DNA from: Phycisphaerales bacterium
Lineage (GTDB): Bacteria > Planctomycetota > Phycisphaerae > Phycisphaerales > UBA1924
Reading direction: 5' to 3'
Assembly: GCA_044226385.1 (NCBI GenBank)
Contig: JBGAHA010000011.1
Location: 14,820-78,819 of the forward strand
DNA: 64,000 nt
The notes beneath the pieces are model-generated. The model was not told where the DNA came from, did no database searches, and saw only the letters and a list, made by a program, of their open reading frames with translations. Within the stretch, counting starts at the first letter, position 1. Each line of letters begins with the position of its first letter. Both the position numbers and the translations under genes were made by a program. Below are positions 34,381-43,377 of the stretch, one piece after another.

Positions 34381-35421
34381 ATGCAGTTCATGGACGACGG
34401 GCACGCTCGCTGGATTGCCGCGCACGAAGCCAAGGTGCGGGCCGGAAGGCTCTGGGTCGGGATCGCCTACGGGGTTGCCATCGGCATCTCCGGGGCGACC
34501 CTCGCCGTCGGCATGCAGCCCATGGCCCCTCCCCCCAACATCGAGACCAACGCCGTCATGCTCACCGCCGTGACCGCGCTGGGGCAGCGGCACGCGATGA
34601 TGACCTTCGGCCTCACGGGCCTGGTCGCCTCGATCATCACGCTCCCCATTGCGCTGGTGCTGCTCTCGATCTGGAAGGAAGCCGGCCACCAGCGAGCCAC
34701 GGGCATCGCCAAGGCCCTTGCCCAGATGACCGAGCACGCGGCGCTCTCCGACGACGCCCGCCGCGTCATCTACCGCCGCCAGGAGCGGGAGATGCTCTGC
34801 CGCGCCATCGAGGAGGACGTCGCCGCCGAGGATTGGGATGCGGCGAGCGTGCTGGTGGGTGAGCTCGCCAACCGTTTCGGCTACCGCGCCGACGCGGAGG
34901 AGTTCCGCTCGCGCATCGATTCGGCCCGGCGCCAGACGATGGACCGCAAGGTCAACGACGCGATCTCCCTGCTCGACGGGCTCATCATCCAGCGCCGCTG
35001 GGACGACGCGGTGGGGGAGGCGGCGCGGATCATCCGCCTGTACCCCGAGTCTCCCCGCACGGCCGGGCTGATGCGCCGGGTCGAGGTCGCGAGGGACAAC
35101 TACGTGCAGGAAGTGGAACGCAACTTCCTCGTCGCCGCGCAGGAGGACCGCGTGGAGGACGCGATGCGCATGCTCGCCGAGATCGACCAGTACCTCACCG
35201 AAGCGCAGGCCGCCCCGTTCCGGGAAGTGGCGCGCGGCGTGATCGGAAAGGCGAGGGAGAATCTGGGCGCGCAGTTCAAGCTCGCCGTTCAGGACCGCCG
35301 CTGGAGAGACGCGGCGCTGGTGGGTGACAAGATCATCCAGCAGTTCCCCAACTCGCGGATGGCGGCGGAGGTGCGCGGCCTGATCGACGGCATCCGCACC
35401 CGCGCCACGCAGGTGGCCTGA
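34381..35421 (+). CDS. Hypothetical membrane protein with a helical-repeat C-terminal domain
   Basis: Hydrophobic segments 'LWVGIAYGVAIGISGATLAV' and 'GLTGLVASIITLPIALVLLSIW', then about 230 aa of Arg/Glu/Asp-rich helical sequence. High GC at third codon positions. No family recognised. Confidence 0.5.
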   Translation: MQFMDDGHARWIAAHEAKVRAGRLWVGIAYGVAIGISGATLAVGMQPMAPPPNIETNAVMLTAVTALGQRHAMMTFGLTGLVASIITLPIALVLLSIWKEAGHQRATGIAKALAQMTEHAALSDDARRVIYRRQEREMLCRAIEEDVAAEDWDAASVLVGELANRFGYRADAEEFRSRIDSARRQTMDRKVNDAISLLDGLIIQRRWDDAVGEAARIIRLYPESPRTAGLMRRVEVARDNYVQEVERNFLVAAQEDRVEDAMRMLAEIDQYLTEAQAAPFREVARGVIGKARENLGAQFKLAVQDRRWRDAALVGDKIIQQFPNSRMAAEVRGLIDGIRTRATQVA

Positions 35422-35785
35422 GCGGGGCGGAGGGCAGCGCGAGGCGGCGGCGGGGGTCTCAACGCGAGAACAGGCTCCCGCGCCCATCATCTTTCCGGCA
35501 AGAATCTTCAGGTCGTCCTGGGGACCGGCCCGCGCTGCAGAAGTCGGTTGATCTTCCCCGCGCCGGGAGTGGCAAACGCCCTTCAGGGTGGGGAAAATCC
35601 CGCCTTGCGATGATGACGGGAGACGGATGCCCGGGCATCATCGGTGGAAGCGTGCGGCGGGGCCTCGCGGGTGCTGGGCACCCTTGGCCGGATCCCGACG
35701 CGCGGCGAGAGTCTTCGCCTCGACCGCCGGCGTGTCTTTCTGACATGCCAGGTCCGGGGCACATTGACCGACGGGGTACGACCGA

Positions 35786-36742
35786 ATGATCGAAACTCGA
35801 AACCTGGTGAAACGCTTCGGGCCGTTCACCGCCGTCGCCGGGATCTCCTTCAAGATCCAGCGCGGTGAGGTGCTGGGCTTCCTGGGGCCCAACGGCGCCG
35901 GCAAGTCCACCACCATGAAGATGATCACGGGCTTCCTGACGCCCACCGAGGGAACGGCGATCGTCTGCGGGCACGACGTGACCGCCGATCCCCTCGCCGT
36001 GAAGGAGAAGATCGGCTACCTGCCCGAGGGGGCGCCGGCGTACCCCGACATGACCCCCGCGGGGTTCCTCAACTTCATCGCGCAGGTCCGCGGCCTGACG
36101 GGCTCTAGCAAGCGGGCCCGGATCGAGGAGGTCGCGGCGAAGGTGCACCTCGAGGGCGTGATGCAGCAGAGCATCGAGACGCTGTCCAAGGGGTACAAGC
36201 GGCGCGTGGGGCTGGCGCAGGCGATCCTGCACGATCCCGAGGTGCTGATCATGGACGAGCCCACCGACGGGCTTGATCCCAACCAGAAGCACGAGGTTCG
36301 GGCGCTGATCCAGAGCATGGCGGCGACCAAGGCGATCATCCTGTCGACGCACATCCTCGAAGAGGTGGATGCCGTCTGCACGCGGGCGATCGTGATCAAC
36401 CGCGGCGCCGTGGTGCTCGACGGCACGCCCGACCAGCTGCGCGGCCGCTCGCGGTACTACAACGCCGTGGCGATCAAGCTCGCCGCCAACGCCGCCTCCG
36501 CGGGGACGATGCGGCAGGAAATCGAGAAGCTCCCGGGCGTGGACGAGGTCGAGGACGCCGGCTCGCGCGACGGGTACGTGAGCCTCATGGTCATTCCCAA
36601 GCGCGGCAAGAGCATCGTGGAAGAGGTCGGCCGTCACGCCCGCGCCAAGGGCTGGCCGGTCGATGAGATCCGCGTGGACGGCGGTCGGCTCGACGAGGTC
36701 TTCCGCACGATTACGGTCGGCAATGCAGGAGGGGCGCGATGA
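35786..36742 (+). CDS. ABC transporter ATP-binding protein (GldA-like)
   Basis: Walker A 'GPNGAGKSTT'; signature 'LSKGYKRRVGLA'; Walker B 'VLIMDEPTDGLD'. Confidence 0.9.
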   Translation: MIETRNLVKRFGPFTAVAGISFKIQRGEVLGFLGPNGAGKSTTMKMITGFLTPTEGTAIVCGHDVTADPLAVKEKIGYLPEGAPAYPDMTPAGFLNFIAQVRGLTGSSKRARIEEVAAKVHLEGVMQQSIETLSKGYKRRVGLAQAILHDPEVLIMDEPTDGLDPNQKHEVRALIQSMAATKAIILSTHILEEVDAVCTRAIVINRGAVVLDGTPDQLRGRSRYYNAVAIKLAANAASAGTMRQEIEKLPGVDEVEDAGSRDGYVSLMVIPKRGKSIVEEVGRHARAKGWPVDEIRVDGGRLDEVFRTITVGNAGGAR

Positions 36743-37470
36743 GCCGGACCCTGGCGGTTTTCAGGCGCGAGCTGGGCGGCTACTTCGCCACGCCCGTCGC
36801 CTACGTCTTCATCGTCATCTTCCTCTTCGTCACGGGCGTCTTCACCTTCCAGCTCGGACAGTTCTTCGAGCGCGGGCAGGCGGACCTTCGCCCGTTCTTT
36901 GATTTCCACCCCTGGCTCTACCTCTTCCTGATCCCGGCGATCTCGATGCGTCTGTGGGCCGAGGAACGCAAGCAGGGCACCATCGAGCTGCTCATGACCC
37001 TGCCCATCCCTATGTCGGCGGCGGTCATCGGCAAATTCCTCGCCGCCTGGGCCTTCGCCGGCGTCTCCCTGCTGCTCACCTTCCCCATCTGGATCACCGT
37101 CAACATCCTGGGCAGCCCCGACAACGGCGTCATCGTCGCCAGCTACGTCGGCAGCTTCCTGATGGCCGGCGGCTTCCTCGCCGTCGGCAGCTTTGTCTCG
37201 GCCCTCACCAAGAACCAGGTCATCGCCTTCGTCATCAGCGTCGTGCTGTGCTTCGGGCTGCTCATCAGCGGGTATCCGCCGGTGATGGGCATCTTCAGCG
37301 GCTGGGCGCCCCAGGCCGTGCTCGACGCCGTCTCCAGCTTCAGCTTCCTCACACACTTCGACGCGATCAGCCGCGGCGTGATCGACCTGCGCGACCTGGT
37401 CTTCTTCGCCTCCCTCATCGCGGTCTTCCTCTTCGCCAACGGCGTGATCATCGAGCAGAAGAATGCGTAG
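36739..37470 (+). CDS. ABC-2 type permease (GldF-like)
   Basis: 243 aa with six hydrophobic segments. The start overlaps the ATPase stop codon (ATGA). 'FRRELGGYFATPVAYVFIVIFLFV' is typical of ABC-2 permease N-termini. Confidence 0.8.
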   Translation: MSRTLAVFRRELGGYFATPVAYVFIVIFLFVTGVFTFQLGQFFERGQADLRPFFDFHPWLYLFLIPAISMRLWAEERKQGTIELLMTLPIPMSAAVIGKFLAAWAFAGVSLLLTFPIWITVNILGSPDNGVIVASYVGSFLMAGGFLAVGSFVSALTKNQVIAFVISVVLCFGLLISGYPPVMGIFSGWAPQAVLDAVSSFSFLTHFDAISRGVIDLRDLVFFASLIAVFLFANGVIIEQKNA

Positions 37471-37530
37471 GGGAAGTCACGGAGTCGGGAAGTCACGAAG
37501 TCACGGAGTTGGAAAGTCAGGAAGCAGTCA

Positions 37531-39606
37531 ATGAACAAGGCACTTACATCCCTGGTCGCCCTGCTCGCCGTGGCGGTGGCGTTCGTGGCGATCAACATCG
37601 TCTCGAGCCAGACGCTCCGCGGGGCGAGGATCGACCTCACCTCCAACCGCCTCTACACGCTCTCCCCGGGGTCGGGCAACATCGCCCGCTCCCTCCAGGA
37701 GCCCGTGAAGCTCACGCTCTACTTCTCGGAGAAGCAGGCCAACGAGCTGCCGCAGTACAAGAACTACGGCCTGCGCGTGAAGGAGCTGCTGCGTGAATAC
37801 ACGGCGATCGCCGGCGGCAAGATCCGCCTGGAGATCGTGGACCCCGAGCCCTTCAGCACCGCCGAAGACGCGGCGACGGGGGCGGGGCTGGTGGGCGTGC
37901 CCACGGGCCGCGGCAACGACCGTCTGTACTTCGGGCTGGTGGGCACGGGCTCGACCGACCAGCAGCAGGTCGTTCCCTTCTTCGACCCGTCCAAGGAAGA
38001 GTTTCTCGAGTACGACGTCACGCGGCTGATCTACCTGCTCTCGAGCCCCAAGAAGAAGACCGTGGGCGTGATGAGCTGGCTTCCCCTCGACGGCGGCAAG
38101 CCCAGCCCCATGATGCGGCAGATGCCCCAGCCCTGGCAGATCCTCACGCAGATGCGCGAGCTGTTCGAGGTCAAGATGGTGGAGACTACGGCAACCGAGA
38201 TCCCTTCGGATGTCTCGGTGCTGATGGTGGTGCACCCCAAGAAGATTTCCGACGCGGCGCAGTACGCGATCGATCAGTACGTGCTGCGCGGCGGCCACGT
38301 GCTGGTGTTTGTCGATCCGCTGTGCGACACCGATGTGCCGCCGGGCGTCAACCCGATGCAGGCGATGGGGATCCCCAAGGACTCCGGCATGCCCAGGCTG
38401 CTCGCGGCGTGGGGCGTGGAGCTGACGCCCGAAATGGTCGCCGCCGACAACCGCACGTCCGTGCGCGTCAACGTGGGCCCGCAGAACAACCCCAAGCCGG
38501 TCAACTATCTCATCTGGATGAACGTGGGCTCGGCGACGGGGAATCTTGCGACGGCCGACCCCGTGACCGGGACGCTGCAGTCGATGCTGATGGCCTCCGC
38601 GGGAGTGCTGAAGAAGAAGGACGGCGCGACGACGACCGTGCAGCCTCTCATCCACACCACCAGCGAATCCATGCTCGTGCCCGTCGCCAGCGTGAGCATG
38701 ATGCCCGACCCCGAGAAGCTCGTGCGCGAGTTTGTCTCGGGCAACGCGGAGCTCACCCTCGCCGCGCGGATCAGCGGCAAGGTCAAGACCGCCTTCCCGC
38801 AGGGCCGGCCCGCGGCGCCTGCGGCCCCCGCGCCGGGCGCGGAGCCCGAGGAAGTTCCCGGCGGGGCGCTGGAGCGCCAGGAGGCGGCGCCGCCCGTCCC
38901 CGCTCCGTCAAATCCGGCTCCCGCCAATCCCGGCGAGTCCCAGCCGGCGCCGTCGCAGCCCGCGCCAGCTCCCGCCGCCGCCCCCGCCGATCCCAACTTC
39001 CTTGCGGAATCCAAGGGGGATATCAACGTCATCGTCGTCGCCGACTGCGACATGCTCAGCGACCGCTTCTGGATCAGCGAGGACCGGCTCTTCGGCCAGA
39101 TCCCGATGGGCTACCGCAAGATCTCCGACAACGGTGACTTTGTGATCGGCGCGCTCGACCAGCTCTCGGGCCCCTCGGACCTGATCAGCCTCCGCGCCCG
39201 CGGGTCGGCGGCGAGGCCGTTTGAGCTGGTGAACAAGATCCGCCGTGAGGCCGAGCAGCGCTTCGCGCAGAAGGCCGACGAGCTCCAGCAGCGGCTGCGG
39301 CAGACCGAGACGAAGATCTCCGAGCTGCAGAAGCAGCGCGGGCCGGAAGATTCCTCCGCGCTCATCCTCAGCCCCGAGCAGCAGGCCGAGCTCGACAAGT
39401 TCAACAAGGAGCGGCTGGACATCCGCGGGCAGCTGCGGGCCGTGCAGCACCAGCTCTCCCAGGACATCGACGGCCTGGGGACGCGCCTGAAGTTCATCAA
39501 CATCGCCGTCATGCCCGCGGCGGTGGCGCTCTTTGCCGTCGGCCTGGGCGTCTACCGCCAGAACCGCCGCACCGCCGACCGCCGCAAGGTCGCCGACCGC
39601 ACATGA
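37531..39606 (+). CDS. GldG-like auxiliary component of an ABC-type transport system
   Basis: N-terminal anchor 'SLVALLAVAVAFVAINIV'. 'RIDLTSNRLYTLSPGS...VKLTLYFS' and 'VIVVADCDMLSDRFW' are typical of the GldG family. A Pro/Ala-rich insert, a coiled-coil region and a C-terminal transmembrane segment are also present. Confidence 0.8.
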   Translation: MNKALTSLVALLAVAVAFVAINIVSSQTLRGARIDLTSNRLYTLSPGSGNIARSLQEPVKLTLYFSEKQANELPQYKNYGLRVKELLREYTAIAGGKIRLEIVDPEPFSTAEDAATGAGLVGVPTGRGNDRLYFGLVGTGSTDQQQVVPFFDPSKEEFLEYDVTRLIYLLSSPKKKTVGVMSWLPLDGGKPSPMMRQMPQPWQILTQMRELFEVKMVETTATEIPSDVSVLMVVHPKKISDAAQYAIDQYVLRGGHVLVFVDPLCDTDVPPGVNPMQAMGIPKDSGMPRLLAAWGVELTPEMVAADNRTSVRVNVGPQNNPKPVNYLIWMNVGSATGNLATADPVTGTLQSMLMASAGVLKKKDGATTTVQPLIHTTSESMLVPVASVSMMPDPEKLVREFVSGNAELTLAARISGKVKTAFPQGRPAAPAAPAPGAEPEEVPGGALERQEAAPPVPAPSNPAPANPGESQPAPSQPAPAPAAAPADPNFLAESKGDINVIVVADCDMLSDRFWISEDRLFGQIPMGYRKISDNGDFVIGALDQLSGPSDLISLRARGSAARPFELVNKIRREAEQRFAQKADELQQRLRQTETKISELQKQRGPEDSSALILSPEQQAELDKFNKERLDIRGQLRAVQHQLSQDIDGLGTRLKFINIAVMPAAVALFAVGLGVYRQNRRTADRRKVADRT

Positions 39607-39640
39607 TTCACGCACCATCGATTCACGGAGATACGCTGCG

Positions 39641-40945
39641 ATGAATTCCAAGACGCTCGCCATCGTGGTCGGCGGAGCGGTGGTCCTCGCCGGGGCGGCC
39701 GCCCTGGTCGTCAACCGCGCCCACCAGGCCACGGCCGTGCAGCAGTACGGAGACGCCGTCTTCCCGGGGCTCTCCGCCAAGGCCGGGGACGTCGCCACCG
39801 TTGTCGTCAACGCCGCCGGAACGACCTCCACCGTCCAGAAGCAGGGCAACACCTGGGTCCTCGCCGAGAAGGGCAACTACCCCGTCAAGATCGAGAAGAT
39901 CAAAGGCCTGGTCGTCGGCCTCGCCCAGCTCAAGCAGCTCGAGCCCAAGACCAGCCGCCCCGACAGCTACGCGAAGATCGGCGTGGAAGATCCGCCCAGC
40001 GCTCCGGCGCCCGTCCCCGCGCCCGATCCCGCCAACCCCTCCGCGATGCCCCCGGAGAAGAGCCAGGCAGCGCTGGTCACCCTCAAGGACGCCTCCGGCG
40101 CCGTCATCGCCTCCGCGGTGGTCGGCAAGCAGCACCTTGGAACGCCGCCGGCCGTCTTTGTTCGTAAGGCCGGGGACGCCCAGTCGTGGCTCGCCGAAGG
40201 CCAGGTCGAAGTTCCCCGGGAAGTCAACGGGTGGATCGAAACCCAGCTCATCAACCTTTCGCGCGACCGGATCAAGTCGGTCACGGTCACCGCTCCGGGA
40301 GGGGAGACAAGCCCGCTGGTGGTGCACCGGGAGACGAAGGAACAACCCGGCTTTTCCGTCGAGGGGATTCCCTCGGGCGCGACGCTGAAGGATGCGGGCG
40401 CGGCGGATCCCGTCGCGACCGCGCTGAGTTACCTGAATTTTGACGATGTCTTAGCGGCCTCGGGCGTGGCGCCGCCCGATGGCGTCTCGCCGACGACCTA
40501 CGAGGCCCGCACCTTCGACGGCATGGTCGTGACGTGCAAGCTCTTCGCGAAGGATGGCAAGCACTGGGCGAGGTTCGAGGCGGCGGTGGATGAGGCGGCC
40601 CTTCCCAAGGCGCCGGCGACGCCCGCTCCCGCGCCTGTGGATCCCGCCAAGCCGGCGGACCCGGGGACGCCCGATCCCGCCAAGCTCGCCGCGGACGAAG
40701 CGGCGAAAAAGGCCGCGGACGTGCGCAAGGAGGTCAAGGACTTCAACGACCGCCACGGCGGCTGGATGTACTCCATTCCGGAGTTCAAGGCCAAGAACAT
40801 GGTGACGCGCCTCGACGAGCTCCTCGCCGAGACGCCGCCGTCCCCGGGCCCCCAAGGCCCCGCGGTGCCGAGCGACCCGGCCGTGAACCCGCCGCCCGCG
40901 CCGTCTGATAATCCGCCGCCCCAGCCAGTCCCCGAGCCGAAGTAA
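39641..40945 (+). CDS. DUF4340-like protein (usual partner of GldG-like genes)
   Basis: ATG at 39641. Anchor 'LAIVVGGAVVLAGAAALVV'. Repeated pattern of the type 'QKQGNTWVLAEKGNYPVKIEKIKGLVVGLAQLK'. Sits immediately downstream of the GldG-like gene. The family call is made from sequence pattern and context only. Confidence 0.65.
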   Translation: MNSKTLAIVVGGAVVLAGAAALVVNRAHQATAVQQYGDAVFPGLSAKAGDVATVVVNAAGTTSTVQKQGNTWVLAEKGNYPVKIEKIKGLVVGLAQLKQLEPKTSRPDSYAKIGVEDPPSAPAPVPAPDPANPSAMPPEKSQAALVTLKDASGAVIASAVVGKQHLGTPPAVFVRKAGDAQSWLAEGQVEVPREVNGWIETQLINLSRDRIKSVTVTAPGGETSPLVVHRETKEQPGFSVEGIPSGATLKDAGAADPVATALSYLNFDDVLAASGVAPPDGVSPTTYEARTFDGMVVTCKLFAKDGKHWARFEAAVDEAALPKAPATPAPAPVDPAKPADPGTPDPAKLAADEAAKKAADVRKEVKDFNDRHGGWMYSIPEFKAKNMVTRLDELLAETPPSPGPQGPAVPSDPAVNPPPAPSDNPPPQPVPEPK

Positions 40946-41085
40946 CGGGCTTCACAGCCGCCCCCGGCCTCCACAACCAGTTGCGGTTGCGGACCCGGGC
41001 TTCCCTTTGTACGCTCTCCTCGCTCCGGGGGGAGGGTGGGGATGTGTTTCCACGCTGCGTTCCCCGGTGAAGGGGAGTTTCAGCG

Positions 41086-41541
41086 ATGGATCGAGTGATG
41101 GTTCGTATCGTCGGCGGCATCATCCTGGCGGTGGTGGCGATCAGCATCAAATTTTGCATGGGCACCGAGCGGCGCGAGGACGCGAGCAAGGAAGTCCTTA
41201 CCGCCGCGCGGCAGATGATCAAGGAAGTACCCGGCTACGACCAGGATCCGGCGTATATGGATTGGCTGGTGAACGAGGGACATAGGCAGGTATTCAACGA
41301 TTCGTACCACATCGATATCGGCTCACGCTACAGCGCCGGGCGCGACTCGATGGACCTGGACCATTACTTCGATGATCTCTTCCACTGGATGATCGACCGC
41401 TCGAAGACCGACGGGCGCACCACCGTCGCCGACAACCTCAAGAAGTACCAGGACGACCCCGAAGCCGCCGCGGAGCCCGCGGACAAGAACGCCAAGAACG
41501 CAAAGAAGGCACCGGCAGACAATCCCTTCGTCAAGAAATGA
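41086..41541 (+). CDS. Small hypothetical membrane-anchored protein
   Basis: Anchor 'IVGGIILAVVAISIKF'. The stop overlaps the ispE start (ATGA). It uses more A/T-ending codons than neighbouring genes. No family recognised. Confidence 0.5.
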   Translation: MDRVMVRIVGGIILAVVAISIKFCMGTERREDASKEVLTAARQMIKEVPGYDQDPAYMDWLVNEGHRQVFNDSYHIDIGSRYSAGRDSMDLDHYFDDLFHWMIDRSKTDGRTTVADNLKKYQDDPEAAAEPADKNAKNAKKAPADNPFVKK

Positions 41542-42590
41542 CCCCACGCGGCCGGGGGAGCGGCGGCAATACCATCGCCTTCGTGCAGGTCCTCGCGCCC
41601 GCCAAGATCAACCTCGCCCTCTCCGTCGGAGGGCCCCAGCCCCCGGGTGCGCCGCGCCCGGGCTTCCACGCGATCGCCTCGTGGATGTCCTGCATTGATT
41701 TCTGCGACGAGATCCGCCTCGAACGCCTCGGCCCCGATCGCGTCTCGGAGTACCGCGTCGCCTGGGCCGCCGAGGCGCTCAAGCCCACCCGCATCGACTG
41801 GCCGCTGGAGTCAGACCTTGCCGTGCGCGCCCACAGGCTGCTGGAGTCGCACGCGGGTCGCTCCCTGCCGGTGCGGCTGGAAGTGATCAAGCGCATCCCC
41901 GTGGGCGCGGGGCTGGGCGGCGGCTCGTCGGACGCCGCCGCGACGCTGCGTGGCCTCAACACCCTGTTCGGGCTCGCCCTCTCGGAGGAACAGCTCGTCA
42001 CGCTCTCCTCCGCCCTGGGAAGCGACGTGGCCTTCTTCGCCGACCCCGATCCTGCCGCCGCGATCGCGGGGGGACCGCCGCGCCCCGCCGCATACCCACG
42101 CCCCGCCCTGGTGACGGGCTTCGGAGAGACCATCGCCCGCGTGCCGCACGTCCCCGCGGCCGTGCTGCTGGTGATCCCCCGCTTCCCCTGCCCCACGGCA
42201 GGCGTCTACGCCGCGTACGACCGCCTTCTCGCCGGCCACGACGCCGTGGACGCCTCCATCCGCAGCGAAAGCCGCCCGACCATGCAGGCCGGGGAGGGCC
42301 TGGTGAGACTCATGATCCGCAGCGCCGTCGAGGCGAAGCGAATCGATCCTTCCTGCTGCTTCAACGCCCTCACCGCCCCGGCCGTCTTCCTCGAGCCGCG
42401 CGTCGCCGCCGTCATCGAGGCCGTGACCCGCGCCGCGGGCCTCCAGGCCCATCTCACCGGCAGCGGGAGCTGCGTCTTCCTGATCGGGGATGAGCCCGGG
42501 ATCGCCGCCGCCCACGCCGCCGTCACCCACGCATGTCTCACCGATCCCGCCCTCGCCGGCGCGGTGCACCTCCAGACCCGCCTGGTGTAA
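41538..42590 (+). CDS. ispE: 4-diphosphocytidyl-2-C-methyl-D-erythritol kinase
   Basis: 'APAKINLALSV' and the GHMP-kinase motif 'KRIPVGAGLGGGSSDAAATLRGLN'. Confidence 0.85.
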   Translation: MTPRGRGSGGNTIAFVQVLAPAKINLALSVGGPQPPGAPRPGFHAIASWMSCIDFCDEIRLERLGPDRVSEYRVAWAAEALKPTRIDWPLESDLAVRAHRLLESHAGRSLPVRLEVIKRIPVGAGLGGGSSDAAATLRGLNTLFGLALSEEQLVTLSSALGSDVAFFADPDPAAAIAGGPPRPAAYPRPALVTGFGETIARVPHVPAAVLLVIPRFPCPTAGVYAAYDRLLAGHDAVDASIRSESRPTMQAGEGLVRLMIRSAVEAKRIDPSCCFNALTAPAVFLEPRVAAVIEAVTRAAGLQAHLTGSGSCVFLIGDEPGIAAAHAAVTHACLTDPALAGAVHLQTRLV

Positions 42591-42681
42591 AGGACCGGTT
42601 CGAACAGCCGCAATGTCGCCCGCGATCCGCGTTTGGCATGTTTCCAGTCCGCCAGCCCGCGCGGTCGATACGATCCACACC

Positions 42682-43260
42682 ATGCGGATGCTCGGGATCG
42701 ATCCAGGACTCAGAATCACCGGCTACGGCTGTGTCGAGGGAGACCTGGATTCCCCCACGCTGGTCGAGGCCGGCGTCTTTCGCCTGGGGAAATCCGGGGA
42801 GAGCGACGATTCCCTGGGCGGTGCGGCGGGCGTCAGCTCGCGCCTCGCCGAGCTCGAAGGTGACCTGGTCGCCGTCATCGAGCGCCTCCGCCCCGACGCG
42901 GCCGCGGTCGAGTCGCTCTTCGCCCACTACAAGCACCCGGCGACGGCGATCGTCATGGGTCATGCCCGCGGCGTCATCCTCCTGGCCCTGCGCCGCGCCA
43001 AGCTCCCGTTGATCGAGCTCAAGCCCAACGAGGTCAAGAAGTCCATCTCCGGCAACGGCCACGCCGACAAGGCCCAGATGCAGCGGGCCGTCCAGGTCCA
43101 GTTCAACCTTGCCGAGCCGCCCAGCCCGCCGGACATCGCCGACGCGATCGCCATCGCCCTTTGCGCCGCCCGGCGAAGATCCCGCGGGGAGGAACTCGGG
43201 GAGCAGGCCGTGCTGCTGCCCGCGCGGACGCGGAGACGCCTGCGCGTGATGCCGGGCTGA
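42682..43260 (+). CDS. ruvC: Crossover junction endodeoxyribonuclease RuvC
   Basis: 'MRMLGIDPGLRITGYG', 'VESLFAHYKHPATAIVMGHARGV', 'KKSISGNGHADKAQMQ', 'DIADAIAIALC'. The ORF is open upstream to 42490, but the family N-terminus aligns with the ATG at 42682. Confidence 0.9.
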   Translation: MRMLGIDPGLRITGYGCVEGDLDSPTLVEAGVFRLGKSGESDDSLGGAAGVSSRLAELEGDLVAVIERLRPDAAAVESLFAHYKHPATAIVMGHARGVILLALRRAKLPLIELKPNEVKKSISGNGHADKAQMQRAVQVQFNLAEPPSPPDIADAIAIALCAARRRSRGEELGEQAVLLPARTRRRLRVMPG

Positions 43261-43377
43261 TCGCGGCGCATCACGCCTCCGCCACGCTGCCGTTTCATGC
43301 ACAATTCCACCGTGAAAACCTGTCCACTGCGCCCCCCGTATATTCCTGAGGCGCCTCAATAAAAGAACTCCCGCGCA

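Noticed and set aside
35609-35642. Imperfect hairpin GATGATG...CATCATC in the 365-nt gap upstream of the ABC ATPase gene, as a riboswitch or sRNA
   Set aside because: It is a single short stem with no flanking conserved features, no U-run, and no resemblance to a riboswitch class I know. The evidence is insufficient for a call.
35786-39606. Interpreting the GldA/F/G-like genes as evidence of gliding motility
   Set aside because: Only the ABC-transporter-type components are present. No other gld or spr genes occur in the window, and this cassette is widespread outside gliding bacteria, so only a generic 'GldAFG-like ABC system' call is justified.
43300-43377. DnaA box or replication-origin signal upstream of dnaB
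   Set aside because: There is only a single near-match (cTGTCCACt against the TTATCCACA consensus). There is no cluster of boxes, no AT-rich unwinding element, and no dnaA or dnaN gene nearby.
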